A DNA stretch of 32,000 nucleotides from Candidatus Altimarinota bacterium (GCA_041659405.1 JBAZYK010000003.1:60001-92000), one strand, 5' to 3'. Shown: positions 17,327 to 25,666, counted from the first letter of the stretch. The notes: a model not told the origin generated them from the sequence alone. Program-made: numbers and translations.

Positions 17327-17420
17327 GAAATTTGAGCACAGCTCAAATTTCCTTCCGGCCTGAGCGAAGCGAAGAAACGCCGGAATAAAAATTAACATTC
17401 TGCCCTAAGCAGGCATAGCA
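17327..17420 (+). repeat. Hairpin series after rpsN: an 11-bp stem (17327-17351), TTCCGGC…GCCGGAA (17353-17385), and two-hairpin-module conserved part copy d, CTGCCCTAAGCAGGCATAGCA (17400-17420)
   Basis: Inverted repeats read directly. Copy d lacks the CGCGC prefix. Confidence 0.7.
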
Positions 17421-17483
17421 ATAAAGAATTAAAGGAAATTAAATTTATCAATAAACCTAAGTCATAAATCCTAAATTAAAATT

Positions 17484-17870
17484 ATGTTGACCAACGATCC
17501 AATCGCAGATCTCTTAACTCGCATCAGAAATGCTACTATGGCCCGCAAGGAAATAGTAACAATTCCACACTCAAAGCTTAAAATAGCTGTACTTAAAGTG
17601 TTGATCAAAAAGGGATTCATTAAAGAATTTACCGAAGAAAAAAATGGAGATTTCCAGGAAATAAAGATCGTTTTAAATCCTGAAAAAGGCAAATTTCACC
17701 TTAAGAAAGTCAGCAAACTGGGTCAGAGAATCTATATTAGCGCTTCCAGAATTAAAAAAGTAAACGGAGGTCTTGGAGTATCGGTTATCTCTACATCAAA
17801 AGGCGTAATGAGTGGAGAAGAAGCTAAAAGACAAAAACTGGGCGGAGAATTTATCTGTGAAATCTACTAG
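17484..17870 (+). CDS. rpsH: 30S ribosomal protein S8
   Basis: MLTNDPIADLLTRIRNA… N-terminus. Confidence 0.97.
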   Translation: MLTNDPIADLLTRIRNATMARKEIVTIPHSKLKIAVLKVLIKKGFIKEFTEEKNGDFQEIKIVLNPEKGKFHLKKVSKLGQRIYISASRIKKVNGGLGVSVISTSKGVMSGEEAKRQKLGGEFICEIY

Positions 17871-17931
17871 CTTTGCTTCGCAAAGCAATCCGGCCTCTAC
17901 GCCGGATTAAAATAAAACATCGCGAAAGCGA
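17870..17931 (+). other. Three consecutive mini-hairpins after rpsH: GCTTTGC-TTC-GCAAAGC, AATCCGGC-CTCTAC-GCCGGATT, TCGC-GAAA-GCGA
   Basis: Perfect short inverted repeats. The last has a GNRA-type GAAA loop. Confidence 0.7.
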
Positions 17932-17983
17932 CACAATATCCAGCCAATTACACATTCAACTATTAATTACTAATTGAACCAAA

Positions 17984-18538
17984 ATGTCTCGAATCGGTAA
18001 ACAACCAGTCATAATCCCTGCCGGAGTAACAGTCGATAAGCGTGAAGGCAACATCATCCACGTTAAAGGACCTAAAGGCGAATTGACTTTCCCTCTTCAT
18101 GAAAGAGTAAAAGCTGAAATTGCTGATGGCAAAATCACTCTCATCCGCGCTTCCGAGGAAAAATTTGATAAAAGTCTTCATGGTTTAAGTCGAACACTAA
18201 TTTCAAACATGGTTGAAGGTGTAACCAAGGGATTCAGCAAACAACTGGAAATCCAGGGAGTTGGTTATCGTGCTTCTATACAAGGAACCAAACTTGTACT
18301 TACACTTGGATATTCCCATCCGGTTGAAGTTCAACCACCAAAAGGAATTACTATTACCGTTGATCCTGAAAAAAAGAATATCCTCACAGTTTCCGGTTGC
18401 GACAAACAACTTATTGGCGAAATAGCTGCAAAGATCAGAAGCTATCGAAAACCTGAACCTTATAAGGGCAAAGGTATCCGCTATGTTGGTGAATTCGTAC
18501 AACGTAAGGCCGGTAAAGCTGCCGCTAAAGAGAAATAA
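17984..18538 (+). CDS. rplF: 50S ribosomal protein L6
   Basis: MSRIGKQPVIIPAGV… N-terminus. Confidence 0.97.
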   Translation: MSRIGKQPVIIPAGVTVDKREGNIIHVKGPKGELTFPLHERVKAEIADGKITLIRASEEKFDKSLHGLSRTLISNMVEGVTKGFSKQLEIQGVGYRASIQGTKLVLTLGYSHPVEVQPPKGITITVDPEKKNILTVSGCDKQLIGEIAAKIRSYRKPEPYKGKGIRYVGEFVQRKAGKAAAKEK

Positions 18539-18668
18539 CAGAGGCGACTGATGAGCTCATTGGCCATAGCTAAGTGAGCGCATGCGAACGAAGCTAACAT
18601 GGCCAAGAGAGCGAAGAAGAAGACTCAAATCTAAAAACAATCTAAATCTACAAGCAAATTAAACCACT

Positions 18669-19019
18669 ATGAAAACTCCTACTAAAATCACCGCTCGTAA
18701 AAGTCGTCACAATCGTATTCGTGCTAAAGTTTCCGGCACTGCAGAAAAACCACGTCTTGTAGTTTTCCGCAGCTTGACCAATCATTATGCACAATTGATT
18801 GATGATGTCGCTGGAAAAACAGTTCTTACTGCTTCCGATCTTAAAGCAAAATCTAAAGATAAAAAAGCAGATCGAGCAAAGCAGGTTGGACTTGAAATTG
18901 CTAAATTGGCTCTCGATAAAAAAATCACCACTTGTGTTTTCGACCGTAACGGTTACAAATATCATGGCCGCGTTAAGGCAATTGCCGATGGCGCCCGTGA
19001 AGGTGGTCTCAAATTCTAA
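18669..19019 (+). CDS. rplR: 50S ribosomal protein L18
   Basis: …RHNRIRAKVSGTAEKPRLVVFRS… and a …GYKYHGRVKA…AREGGLKF end. Confidence 0.97.
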   Translation: MKTPTKITARKSRHNRIRAKVSGTAEKPRLVVFRSLTNHYAQLIDDVAGKTVLTASDLKAKSKDKKADRAKQVGLEIAKLALDKKITTCVFDRNGYKYHGRVKAIADGAREGGLKF

Positions 19020-19024
19020 ACCAA

Positions 19025-19059
19025 CAATTACTCATTATTAATTACTAATTACTAATTGA
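19025..19059 (+). repeat. Tandem heptamer leader, 5 units (CAATTAC TCATTAT TAATTAC TAATTAC TAATTGA), upstream of rpsE
   Basis: 7-nt periodicity ending 1 nt before the ATG. Confidence 0.9.
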
Positions 19060-19060
19060 A

Positions 19061-19804
19061 ATGGCAAAACCTCCATTTAACAGAAAAGGCCAAGCTCCAA
19101 TGCGCGAAGTAAAAGAGTTCGAAGAAGAGGTAATACAAATCGATCGTGTAACTCGCGTAGTTAAAGGAGGCCGCAGACTTCGTTTCCGCGCTACCGTTGT
19201 AATTGGTAACCGCAAAGGCAAAGTTGGCGTTGGTATCGGTAAATCAACTGAAGTTCAAGGCGCAATCAAAAAAGCTATCGCTCAAGCAAAGAAATCCCTG
19301 ATCGAAGTGCCAATGATTGGTCAAACCATTCCTCATCGTGTTGAGATGAAATTCAAGAGCGCTAAACTTATTATTATGCCAGCTCGTCCAGGTACTGGTA
19401 TCATTGCCGGTGGACCACTACGCAAGGTAATTGAACTTTCCGGAGTTAAAGATATTTTGAGCAAATGTTTAGGTGCAAAAAATCGTTTGAATAACAGCCA
19501 GGCGGCCATCAACGCTTTAGCGGAACTTAGAACAATGCCTTGGTTAAAGAAAAAAGTTGCTACTCCTGTTGCAGTCGCTCCAGGCGCACATGTCGCTCCA
19601 GTTGCACACGCTGTTCCAGGGACACACGTAAACACAGCTGCACACACAACTCCTGCACACGCCGCTCCGGTTGCACGCACTGCTCCAGTCGCACACACAA
19701 CTCCGGCACACGCTGCTCCAACTACACATCACGCTCCAGCTCCAGCTGCACATCCAGCTCCTAAAGCTCCTGTAGCTGATCCAGCTAAGAAAACTCAAGA
19801 GTAA
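19061..19804 (+). CDS. rpsE: 30S ribosomal protein S5 with a ~80-aa His/Ala/Pro/Thr repeat C-terminal extension
   Basis: …IDRVTRVVKGGRRLRFRATVVIGN… core. The tail starts around aa 165. Confidence 0.95.
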   Translation: MAKPPFNRKGQAPMREVKEFEEEVIQIDRVTRVVKGGRRLRFRATVVIGNRKGKVGVGIGKSTEVQGAIKKAIAQAKKSLIEVPMIGQTIPHRVEMKFKSAKLIIMPARPGTGIIAGGPLRKVIELSGVKDILSKCLGAKNRLNNSQAAINALAELRTMPWLKKKVATPVAVAPGAHVAPVAHAVPGTHVNTAAHTTPAHAAPVARTAPVAHTTPAHAAPTTHHAPAPAAHPAPKAPVADPAKKTQE

Positions 19805-19840
19805 TAAAATCTATTTAATCTAATGTAACGCATAATTCCA

Positions 19841-20326
19841 ATGGACAAATTACAAAATTTAAAAAGCAACCCAGGTGCCCGCAAGAAAAGGAAAACTGTC
19901 GGTCGCGGCAATGGATCCGGACATGGATCTTATTCAACTCGCGGTGGCAAAGGTCAAACTGCCCGCTCCGGTAGTGGCTACAAACCCGGCTTTGAAGGTG
20001 GTCAAACTCCACTTTATCGCAAGATGCCAAAATTGAAAGGCTTCAACAACATCAACCACGTTGAATATCAGGTGGTAAATGTTGAAAGTCTAAATCTTTT
20101 TGACGACAACGAAGAAATCAATGTAGTTAAACTCTACGAGAAAAAACTCATCAGCCACAAAGACCGACCTGTTAAAATTCTTGGTGATGGTGAACTTACT
20201 AAAAAACTTACAGTTAAAGTAGATCGTGTTTCCTCATCTGCAAAAGAAAAAATCGAAAAAGCAAAAGGCACGGTTCACGAACTTATGAAAAAAGAAGTAA
20301 AGGAAGATAAAGAAGAAAAAAAGTAA
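19841..20326 (+). CDS. rplO: 50S ribosomal protein L15
   Basis: …GRGNGSGHGSYSTRGGKGQTARSG… motif. Confidence 0.96.
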   Translation: MDKLQNLKSNPGARKKRKTVGRGNGSGHGSYSTRGGKGQTARSGSGYKPGFEGGQTPLYRKMPKLKGFNNINHVEYQVVNVESLNLFDDNEEINVVKLYEKKLISHKDRPVKILGDGELTKKLTVKVDRVSSSAKEKIEKAKGTVHELMKKEVKEDKEEKK

Positions 20327-20343
20327 AACAGGATTACGCCTCG

Positions 20344-20381
20344 CAAATCATTTCAAATCCTGCCTCCTAAATCCTAAATCC
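20344..20381 (+). repeat. Heptamer-type leader, second flavour (CAAATCA…CAAATCC TGCCTCC TAAATCC TAAATCC), upstream of secY
   Basis: 7-nt periodicity, followed by A7 and then the ATG. Confidence 0.7.
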
Positions 20382-20388
20382 AAAAAAA

Positions 20389-21687
20389 ATGTATAAGTAC
20401 TTCGAACAAATCTGGAATTCCAAGGATCTTCGTTCCAAGATCCTTTTTACGATATTAATTCTGGTTGGATACCGCCTGATGGGCCAAATCACAATTCCCG
20501 GAGCAAACATTGAAGCTTTGCAGGTAATCTTCGCCAAGAATCAACTTCTGGGTATGTTCAGCTTATTAACTGGTGGAAGTGCTCACAATTTCTCCATCCT
20601 ATTAATGGGTCTTTCTCCTTACATCAATGCTTCAATCATCATGCAGCTTTTGACAGTTATCATTCCAAAGCTGGAAACCATGAGTAAAGAAGGTCAACAG
20701 GGCTCACGTAAAATCGCCCAATATACACGTTGGCTCACTTTACCTTTAGCGTTCATCCAATCTTATGGAATGATTTTACTTTTGAACTCTCAATCCCCTG
20801 TTCCAATTTTACAAAATCTCACTAATCCGGCAGTCATTTTGCCGGTTATGTTAACGGTAACTACTGGAAGCTTGCTCTTAATGTGGATGAGCGAACTTAT
20901 TACAGAACATGGAATCAGCAACGGAAGCTCACTGATCATCTTTGCAGGTATCATTGCCGGTATCCCTGAAGTGATTGGTCAAAGCATGGCACTATCTCAA
21001 CAATCAGCAGACAAATTGATTCCTTTTGTAATTATGATTTTAATTACATTGGTATTAACAATAGCAGTTATCCTTATAACAGAAGGTCAGCGCAATATTC
21101 CTGTTAGTTATGCCGGAAGAGGCGTTCGTGGCGCAAGTGAACATTCCAGTTTGCCAATCCGCATCAATCAAGCCGGAATGGTTCCAATTATCTTTGCTGT
21201 TTCTTTGATCAGTTTCCCTGGAATCGTAGCTCAATTTTTACAAAATTCGACAGTTGGCTGGTTAAAAGACACGGCCAGCTTTATTAATCTTTATTTCCAA
21301 TCAAGTGGGATTCCTTATCTTATCGCCTATTTTGTTTTAGTAATCGCCTTCACTTTCTTCTATGTGGGCATTACCTTCAATCCTGAACAGGTCGCGGAAA
21401 ACATCCAAAAACGCGGTGGTTATATTCCGGGCATCAGACCGGGCAAACAAACTTCCGAATATCTTGGTAAAATTTCCAATCATCTTAATTTATTTGGAGG
21501 TCTATTCATCGCTTTCATTGCCATTTCTCCAATTTTGATTCAGCTCATGTCCAGTCGTCTTTCTTTTGGAAGCGTACCAACACTCATTACCGGTGCCGGA
21601 CTAATCATCATCGTTGGTGTTGTTCTGGAAATCATCCGTTCAGTCAACGCACAATTGGTAATGCATGATTACAATAAACTATACTAA
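20389..21687 (+). CDS. secY: Preprotein translocase subunit SecY
   Basis: 10-TM pattern, …LGMFSLLTGGS…LMGLSPYINASIIMQLL…. Confidence 0.97.
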   Translation: MYKYFEQIWNSKDLRSKILFTILILVGYRLMGQITIPGANIEALQVIFAKNQLLGMFSLLTGGSAHNFSILLMGLSPYINASIIMQLLTVIIPKLETMSKEGQQGSRKIAQYTRWLTLPLAFIQSYGMILLLNSQSPVPILQNLTNPAVILPVMLTVTTGSLLLMWMSELITEHGISNGSSLIIFAGIIAGIPEVIGQSMALSQQSADKLIPFVIMILITLVLTIAVILITEGQRNIPVSYAGRGVRGASEHSSLPIRINQAGMVPIIFAVSLISFPGIVAQFLQNSTVGWLKDTASFINLYFQSSGIPYLIAYFVLVIAFTFFYVGITFNPEQVAENIQKRGGYIPGIRPGKQTSEYLGKISNHLNLFGGLFIAFIAISPILIQLMSSRLSFGSVPTLITGAGLIIIVGVVLEIIRSVNAQLVMHDYNKLY

Positions 21688-21689
21688 TA

Positions 21690-21771
21690 GAATTTAGGTT
21701 GGAATGCATGCTCTTCATGCACAGGGCCCCTACCCCGGATGCATTCAGATCACACATTCCAACCTAAATTC
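21690..21771 (-). repeat. Long-stem hairpin element, copy 5 (secY|adk), inverted orientation
   Basis: The loop appears as its reverse complement CAGGGCCCCTACCCCGGA at 21722-21739. Outer stem is 17 bp perfect. G-U and G.A mismatches form only when the minus strand is read. Confidence 0.9.
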
Positions 21772-21791
21772 ATATCATTAACTCAATTAAG

Positions 21792-22430
21792 GTGGATTTA
21801 GTTTTATTTGGAATTCAGGGCTCAGGGAAGGGTACGCTCGGCAAAGTACTCGCTGAAAAATATAATCTGCAGATTTTTGAAACAGGTTCCGCTTTAAGAA
21901 AACTTTCCCAGGAAACTACGCCACTTGCCCAAAAAGTTAAAAGCATTATTGAAGCCGGACATCTTGTTCCGACTGAAGTTGTCATGGAAATTATTGAAGA
22001 TTTCATGAATCACCTTCAACCGGGATCAAATGTTTTATTTGATGGAATTCCCAGAAAAATGGATCAGGCTGAAGCTTTTGATCAGCTCATGCAAAAACAC
22101 AACCGTAACTTTCTTGGACTTTTAATTGATGTATCTGAAGAAGTTGCGATTAAAAGACTTTCAACTCGCCGACTTTGCAAAAATTGCAAAACGGTTTTTC
22201 CTGCAACATACACACAAAACACCTGTGAAAAATGTGGAGGAGAATTGATTACCAGAACCGATGACAACCCGGAAAGTATCAAAATTCGTCTAAAGGCCTA
22301 TTTTGAAGAAACCATGCCGGTGATTGAAAATTACAAGAAAGGCAGTAAAATGATTTCGATTGATGGCACCGAAAATATTGAAAAAGTTCAGATTTTGGCT
22401 TTTGAAGCCCTTCAAGGAAAATTTAATTAA
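21792..22430 (+). CDS. adk: Adenylate kinase (GTG start; Zn-type lid CxxC…CxxC)
   Basis: GIQGSGKGT P-loop and CKNCKTVF…CEKCGGEL lid. Confidence 0.95.
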   Translation: MDLVLFGIQGSGKGTLGKVLAEKYNLQIFETGSALRKLSQETTPLAQKVKSIIEAGHLVPTEVVMEIIEDFMNHLQPGSNVLFDGIPRKMDQAEAFDQLMQKHNRNFLGLLIDVSEEVAIKRLSTRRLCKNCKTVFPATYTQNTCEKCGGELITRTDDNPESIKIRLKAYFEETMPVIENYKKGSKMISIDGTENIEKVQILAFEALQGKFN

Positions 22431-22436
22431 TTTCTA

Positions 22437-23213
22437 ATGAAGATTTGGAAAGAAGGCAACCTGCGTATTGGCATTAAAGATTCACAGGAAATTCAAGCCA
22501 TGCGTGAAGGAGGCAAAATTTTAGGAATAATTTTACATGAACTTGAACAAATGGTGGTTCCCGGAATCACTCTTTTGGAGCTTGATAAAAAAGCCGCAGA
22601 GATGATGGCAAATCATCATGTTAAGCCATCTTTTTTAGGATATTACGGCTTTCCAAATGTACTTTGCATCAATGTAAATGATGTAGTCGTTCACGGAATC
22701 CCGGATAAAACCGAGTTACATGAAGGTGACATTGTAACAATCGATTGCGGCGTAATTCATAAGGATTTTCAGACCGATTCAGCAATTCAAAAAGGAGTTG
22801 GCAAAATCACTCCGGAACTCACCAAATTTTTAAACACCGCCCAAAAAGCTTTGGACAAAGCAATTGAAACTGCAAAACCGGGAATCCGCATTCGTACTAT
22901 TAGCGGAGTTATTCAGGATATTGTCGAAAAAAACGGTTATAGTGTTGTACGGGATTTAGTTGGTCATGGCATCGGACACAAAATGCACGAAGATCCACCG
23001 GTTCCAAATTTTCGTGATGAAGCTGGCCCAATGCTGCAAACCGGCATGACAATTGCCATTGAACCGATCATCTGCATGGGCAATCGCAAAGTTAAAACCT
23101 TGCGTGATGGCTGGACCATGGTAAGCGCAGACGGATCATATGCAACGCAGGTTGAGCACACCATTGCCATTACCCAAAAAGGAGCTGAAATTTTAACCAA
23201 AAGACCGGAATAA
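22437..23213 (+). CDS. map: Methionine aminopeptidase type I
   Basis: …VVHGIP…DIVTIDCG…GHGIGHKMHEDP…EPI…EHT… metal-ligand pattern. Confidence 0.96.
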   Translation: MKIWKEGNLRIGIKDSQEIQAMREGGKILGIILHELEQMVVPGITLLELDKKAAEMMANHHVKPSFLGYYGFPNVLCINVNDVVVHGIPDKTELHEGDIVTIDCGVIHKDFQTDSAIQKGVGKITPELTKFLNTAQKALDKAIETAKPGIRIRTISGVIQDIVEKNGYSVVRDLVGHGIGHKMHEDPPVPNFRDEAGPMLQTGMTIAIEPIICMGNRKVKTLRDGWTMVSADGSYATQVEHTIAITQKGAEILTKRPE

Positions 23214-23257
23214 AGAACAAGGCAAAAGGAACCTTCACAATCACTACAAAAAGCCCA

Positions 23258-23296
23258 AAAAATTCCCTTGCATTGTTAAAAAATGTCATGTAAAAT
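23258..23296 (+). promoter_or_regulatory. sigma70-like promoter of infA (AAAAATTCCC-TTGCAT-17 nt-TAAAAT)
   Basis: TTGCAT at 23268-23273 and TAAAAT at 23291-23296. The 18-mer is identical to the tuf promoter. Confidence 0.6.
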
Positions 23297-23416
23297 CCTA
23301 ACGCTCTTTTGAATTTTTTTAGAGAGAAAACAGCATACCCAAGGCACGAAACGTAACGGAGTGTCGCACTAAAAAGGAATCGCAAAAGCGAAACCAATCA
23401 TGCCTAATCTGTACTT

Positions 23417-23734
23417 ATGGCCAAAGAGGTAATCGAACTGATGGGTGTAGTGGTAGAGGCGCTTCCAAACGCCACCTTCCGCGTTAAACTCACGGACGAA
23501 AGGTACCCAAATCATATCGTACTCGCCCACGTTTCAGGCAGAATGAGAATCAATTATATTCGAATTCTACCGGGCGATAAGGTCACTATTGAATTGACAC
23601 CATACGATTTGAACAAAGGAAGAATCATTTTCCGTCACAAGGAAGGTTCAAGAATGGAACAAACACCAAGTGTCACTGCTGAAACGAAAGTTGAACCAAG
23701 TCCCGAAGCTGTAAAAGAGCCTGAAAAAAACTAA
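23417..23734 (+). CDS. infA: Translation initiation factor IF-1 with a ~30-aa C-terminal extension
   Basis: …[17 protein letters not shown]…[19 protein letters not shown]…. Confidence 0.95.
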   Translation: MAKEVIELMGVVVEALPNATFRVKLTDERYPNHIVLAHVSGRMRINYIRILPGDKVTIELTPYDLNKGRIIFRHKEGSRMEQTPSVTAETKVEPSPEAVKEPEKN

Positions 23735-23754
23735 ATATCGTTAATCCAACCATC

Positions 23755-23868
23755 ATGAAAGTTCGCTCATCTGTAAAAAAAATCTGTGATAAATGCAAAG
23801 TAATCCGCAGAAAAAACGTGGTTCGCGTGATCTGTATAACTAAAAAACATAAGCAACGACAGGGTTAA
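23755..23868 (+). CDS. rpmJ: 50S ribosomal protein L36 (37 aa; not in the ORF track)
   Basis: [37 protein letters not shown], translated by hand. Confidence 0.93.
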   Translation: MKVRSSVKKICDKCKVIRRKNVVRVICITKKHKQRQG

Positions 23869-23885
23869 GAACTATAAAGGTAACT

Positions 23886-23965
23886 GTGTTCAGTTGTGGA
23901 ATGTTGGCTGAACATATCCGGGGCAGGGGCCCTGTGTGTGAAGACAATATCCCAGAACTGAACAC
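23886..23965 (+). repeat. Long-stem hairpin element, copy 6 (rpmJ|rpsM), partly decayed
   Basis: Same arms as copy 4 but with G.G and A.C mismatches. Loop variant TCCGGGGCAGGGGCCCTG at 23917-23934. Confidence 0.85.
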
Positions 23966-23968
23966 AAC

Positions 23969-23989
23969 TAATTACTAATTATTAATCAT
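23969..23989 (+). repeat. Tandem heptamer leader (TAATTAC TAATTAT TAATCAT) upstream of rpsM
   Basis: 7-nt periodicity ending 5 nt before the ATG. Confidence 0.85.
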
Positions 23990-23994
23990 AAAAA

Positions 23995-24378
23995 ATGGCA
24001 ACAGTAGCTCGTATCTCAGGCGTTACTCTCCCTCAACAAAAAAGAGTTGAAATCGGTTTGATGGCTATTTATGGGGTAGGAAGAAGCCTTAGCAAGAAAA
24101 TTGTAAAAGAGGCCAACGTTAACCCTGATACTAGAGTTAAAGACTTAACTGAAGAAGAAGTCAGCCGCATTCGTGAAATTATCTCCAAGACATCAACAGA
24201 AGGTGATCTTCGTCGTAAAATTCAAATGGACATCAAGCGTCTTCAGGAAATCGGTTCATACCGTGGTTTCCGTCATCGCAAGGGTTTACCTGTTCGCGGT
24301 CAACGCACACGTTCCAATGCCCGCACCAGAAAAGGCAAGAAGAAGACAGTGGCTAACAAGAAGGTTGTTACTAAGTAG
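23995..24378 (+). CDS. rpsM: 30S ribosomal protein S13
   Basis: …[25 protein letters not shown]…. Confidence 0.97.
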   Translation: MATVARISGVTLPQQKRVEIGLMAIYGVGRSLSKKIVKEANVNPDTRVKDLTEEEVSRIREIISKTSTEGDLRRKIQMDIKRLQEIGSYRGFRHRKGLPVRGQRTRSNARTRKGKKKTVANKKVVTK

Positions 24379-24404
24379 TAACAAATATTAAAATCAAAGT
24401 TTGT

Positions 24405-24482
24405 GTTCAGATTGTGGAATATTGGCTGAACACAGCCGGGGTAGGGGCCCTGTGTGTGAAGACAATATTCCACAATCTGAAC
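24405..24482 (+). repeat. Long-stem hairpin element, copy 7 (rpsM|rpsK)
   Basis: Arms GTTCAGATTGTGGAATATTG/CAATATTCCACAATCTGAAC, a G.A mismatch and tandem G.A; loop GCCGGGGTAGGGGCCCTG at 24435-24452. Confidence 0.9.
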
Positions 24483-24507
24483 CTACTAATTACTAATTAA
24501 CATAACC

Positions 24508-25002
24508 ATGGCAGACGAGAAGACCATAGACACAAAATCAGAGAAAGCAGAAAGCGCAAAAGCTTCCGAGGGTAAAGCTGAAACTAAAAAAACTGGTAAG
24601 CCGGAAGTAAAAGCTGTTAAATCCACCAAAGGCAAGAAAAAGGCAAAGCGTCGCCTTTTACAAGAAGGTAAAGCTTATATTCAGGCCAGTTATAACAACA
24701 CCATTGTTACAATTACAGATATGAATGGTGAAGTTATCGCTTGGAGCAGCGCCGGTTCAAATGGTTTTAAGGGTGCTAAAAAAGCGACTCCTTATGCAGC
24801 CCAGGTTTCTGCTGAAAATGCCATCACAAAAGCTAAAGTTTATGGTTTGGAACGAATTCATGTATTTATCAAAGGAGTAGGAACAGGCCGTGAACAATCC
24901 ATCCGTGGTTTACAAGCAGGTGGAGTGAATATTGAGTCAATAACTGATCTAACACCGGTTACACACAATGGTTGCCGTCCAAGAAAATCCCGAAGAGTAT
25001 AA
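24508..25002 (+). CDS. rpsK: 30S ribosomal protein S11 with a ~35-aa Lys-rich N-terminal extension
   Basis: …GKAYIQASYNNTIVTITDMNGEVIAWSSAG…. Confidence 0.96.
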   Translation: MADEKTIDTKSEKAESAKASEGKAETKKTGKPEVKAVKSTKGKKKAKRRLLQEGKAYIQASYNNTIVTITDMNGEVIAWSSAGSNGFKGAKKATPYAAQVSAENAITKAKVYGLERIHVFIKGVGTGREQSIRGLQAGGVNIESITDLTPVTHNGCRPRKSRRV

Positions 25003-25013
25003 CATTATCCCAC

Positions 25014-25048
25014 CAATCACTCATTACTAATTATTAATTACTAATTGA
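25014..25048 (+). repeat. Tandem heptamer leader, 5 units (CAATCAC TCATTAC TAATTAT TAATTAC TAATTGA), upstream of rpsD
   Basis: 7-nt periodicity ending 6 nt before the ATG. Confidence 0.9.
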
Positions 25049-25054
25049 AAAAAA

Positions 25055-25666
25055 ATGTCTAGATATACTGGTCCAAAATGTCGTTTATGCCGCCGCGAAG
25101 GAGTTTCCTTATGCGGGAAGGAAAAATGCGCTCTAAAAAAGAAGAATTATATTCCAGGTATGCATGGCCCAAAAGGCAGTTTTGCAAAGAAATCTGAATA
25201 TGCTCGTCAACTTCGTGAAAAACAAAAGTTGAAGAGACTTTTTGGTATTACGGAACGCCAACTTTCCAACTATTTTGAAAAAGCCGGAAAAATGAAAGAT
25301 ATCACCGGTGATGCACTTTTAAAACTACTTGAATATCGTCTTGATAACGTAATTTATCGCTCCGGTATTGCTAAAACAAGAAACCAGGCTCGCCAAATGG
25401 TAAATCATGGATTATTCAAGGTGAATAACATCAAGATTAATATTCCTTCCCTTCAAATGAAGGCTGGCGACAAATTCGAAGCAATTGCCCGCATTAAAAA
25501 ATCAAAACTTTTTGCTGAAGTTGAAAAGCAAAAATATGCTCCTGCTAAATGGATCAAGGTTGATTACAAAACTTTAATGGGCGAAGTAACTCGTCCAATC
25601 GAAAAGGAAGAACTTGAAAGTATCATCCAAAGCAACTTAATCGTTGAGTTCTACTCCAAAGCGTAA
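25055..25666 (+). CDS. rpsD: 30S ribosomal protein S4 (Cys-rich N-terminal Zn-type)
   Basis: MSRYTGPKCRLCRREG… N-terminus and an S4 domain pattern. Confidence 0.97.
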   Translation: MSRYTGPKCRLCRREGVSLCGKEKCALKKKNYIPGMHGPKGSFAKKSEYARQLREKQKLKRLFGITERQLSNYFEKAGKMKDITGDALLKLLEYRLDNVIYRSGIAKTRNQARQMVNHGLFKVNNIKINIPSLQMKAGDKFEAIARIKKSKLFAEVEKQKYAPAKWIKVDYKTLMGEVTRPIEKEELESIIQSNLIVEFYSKA

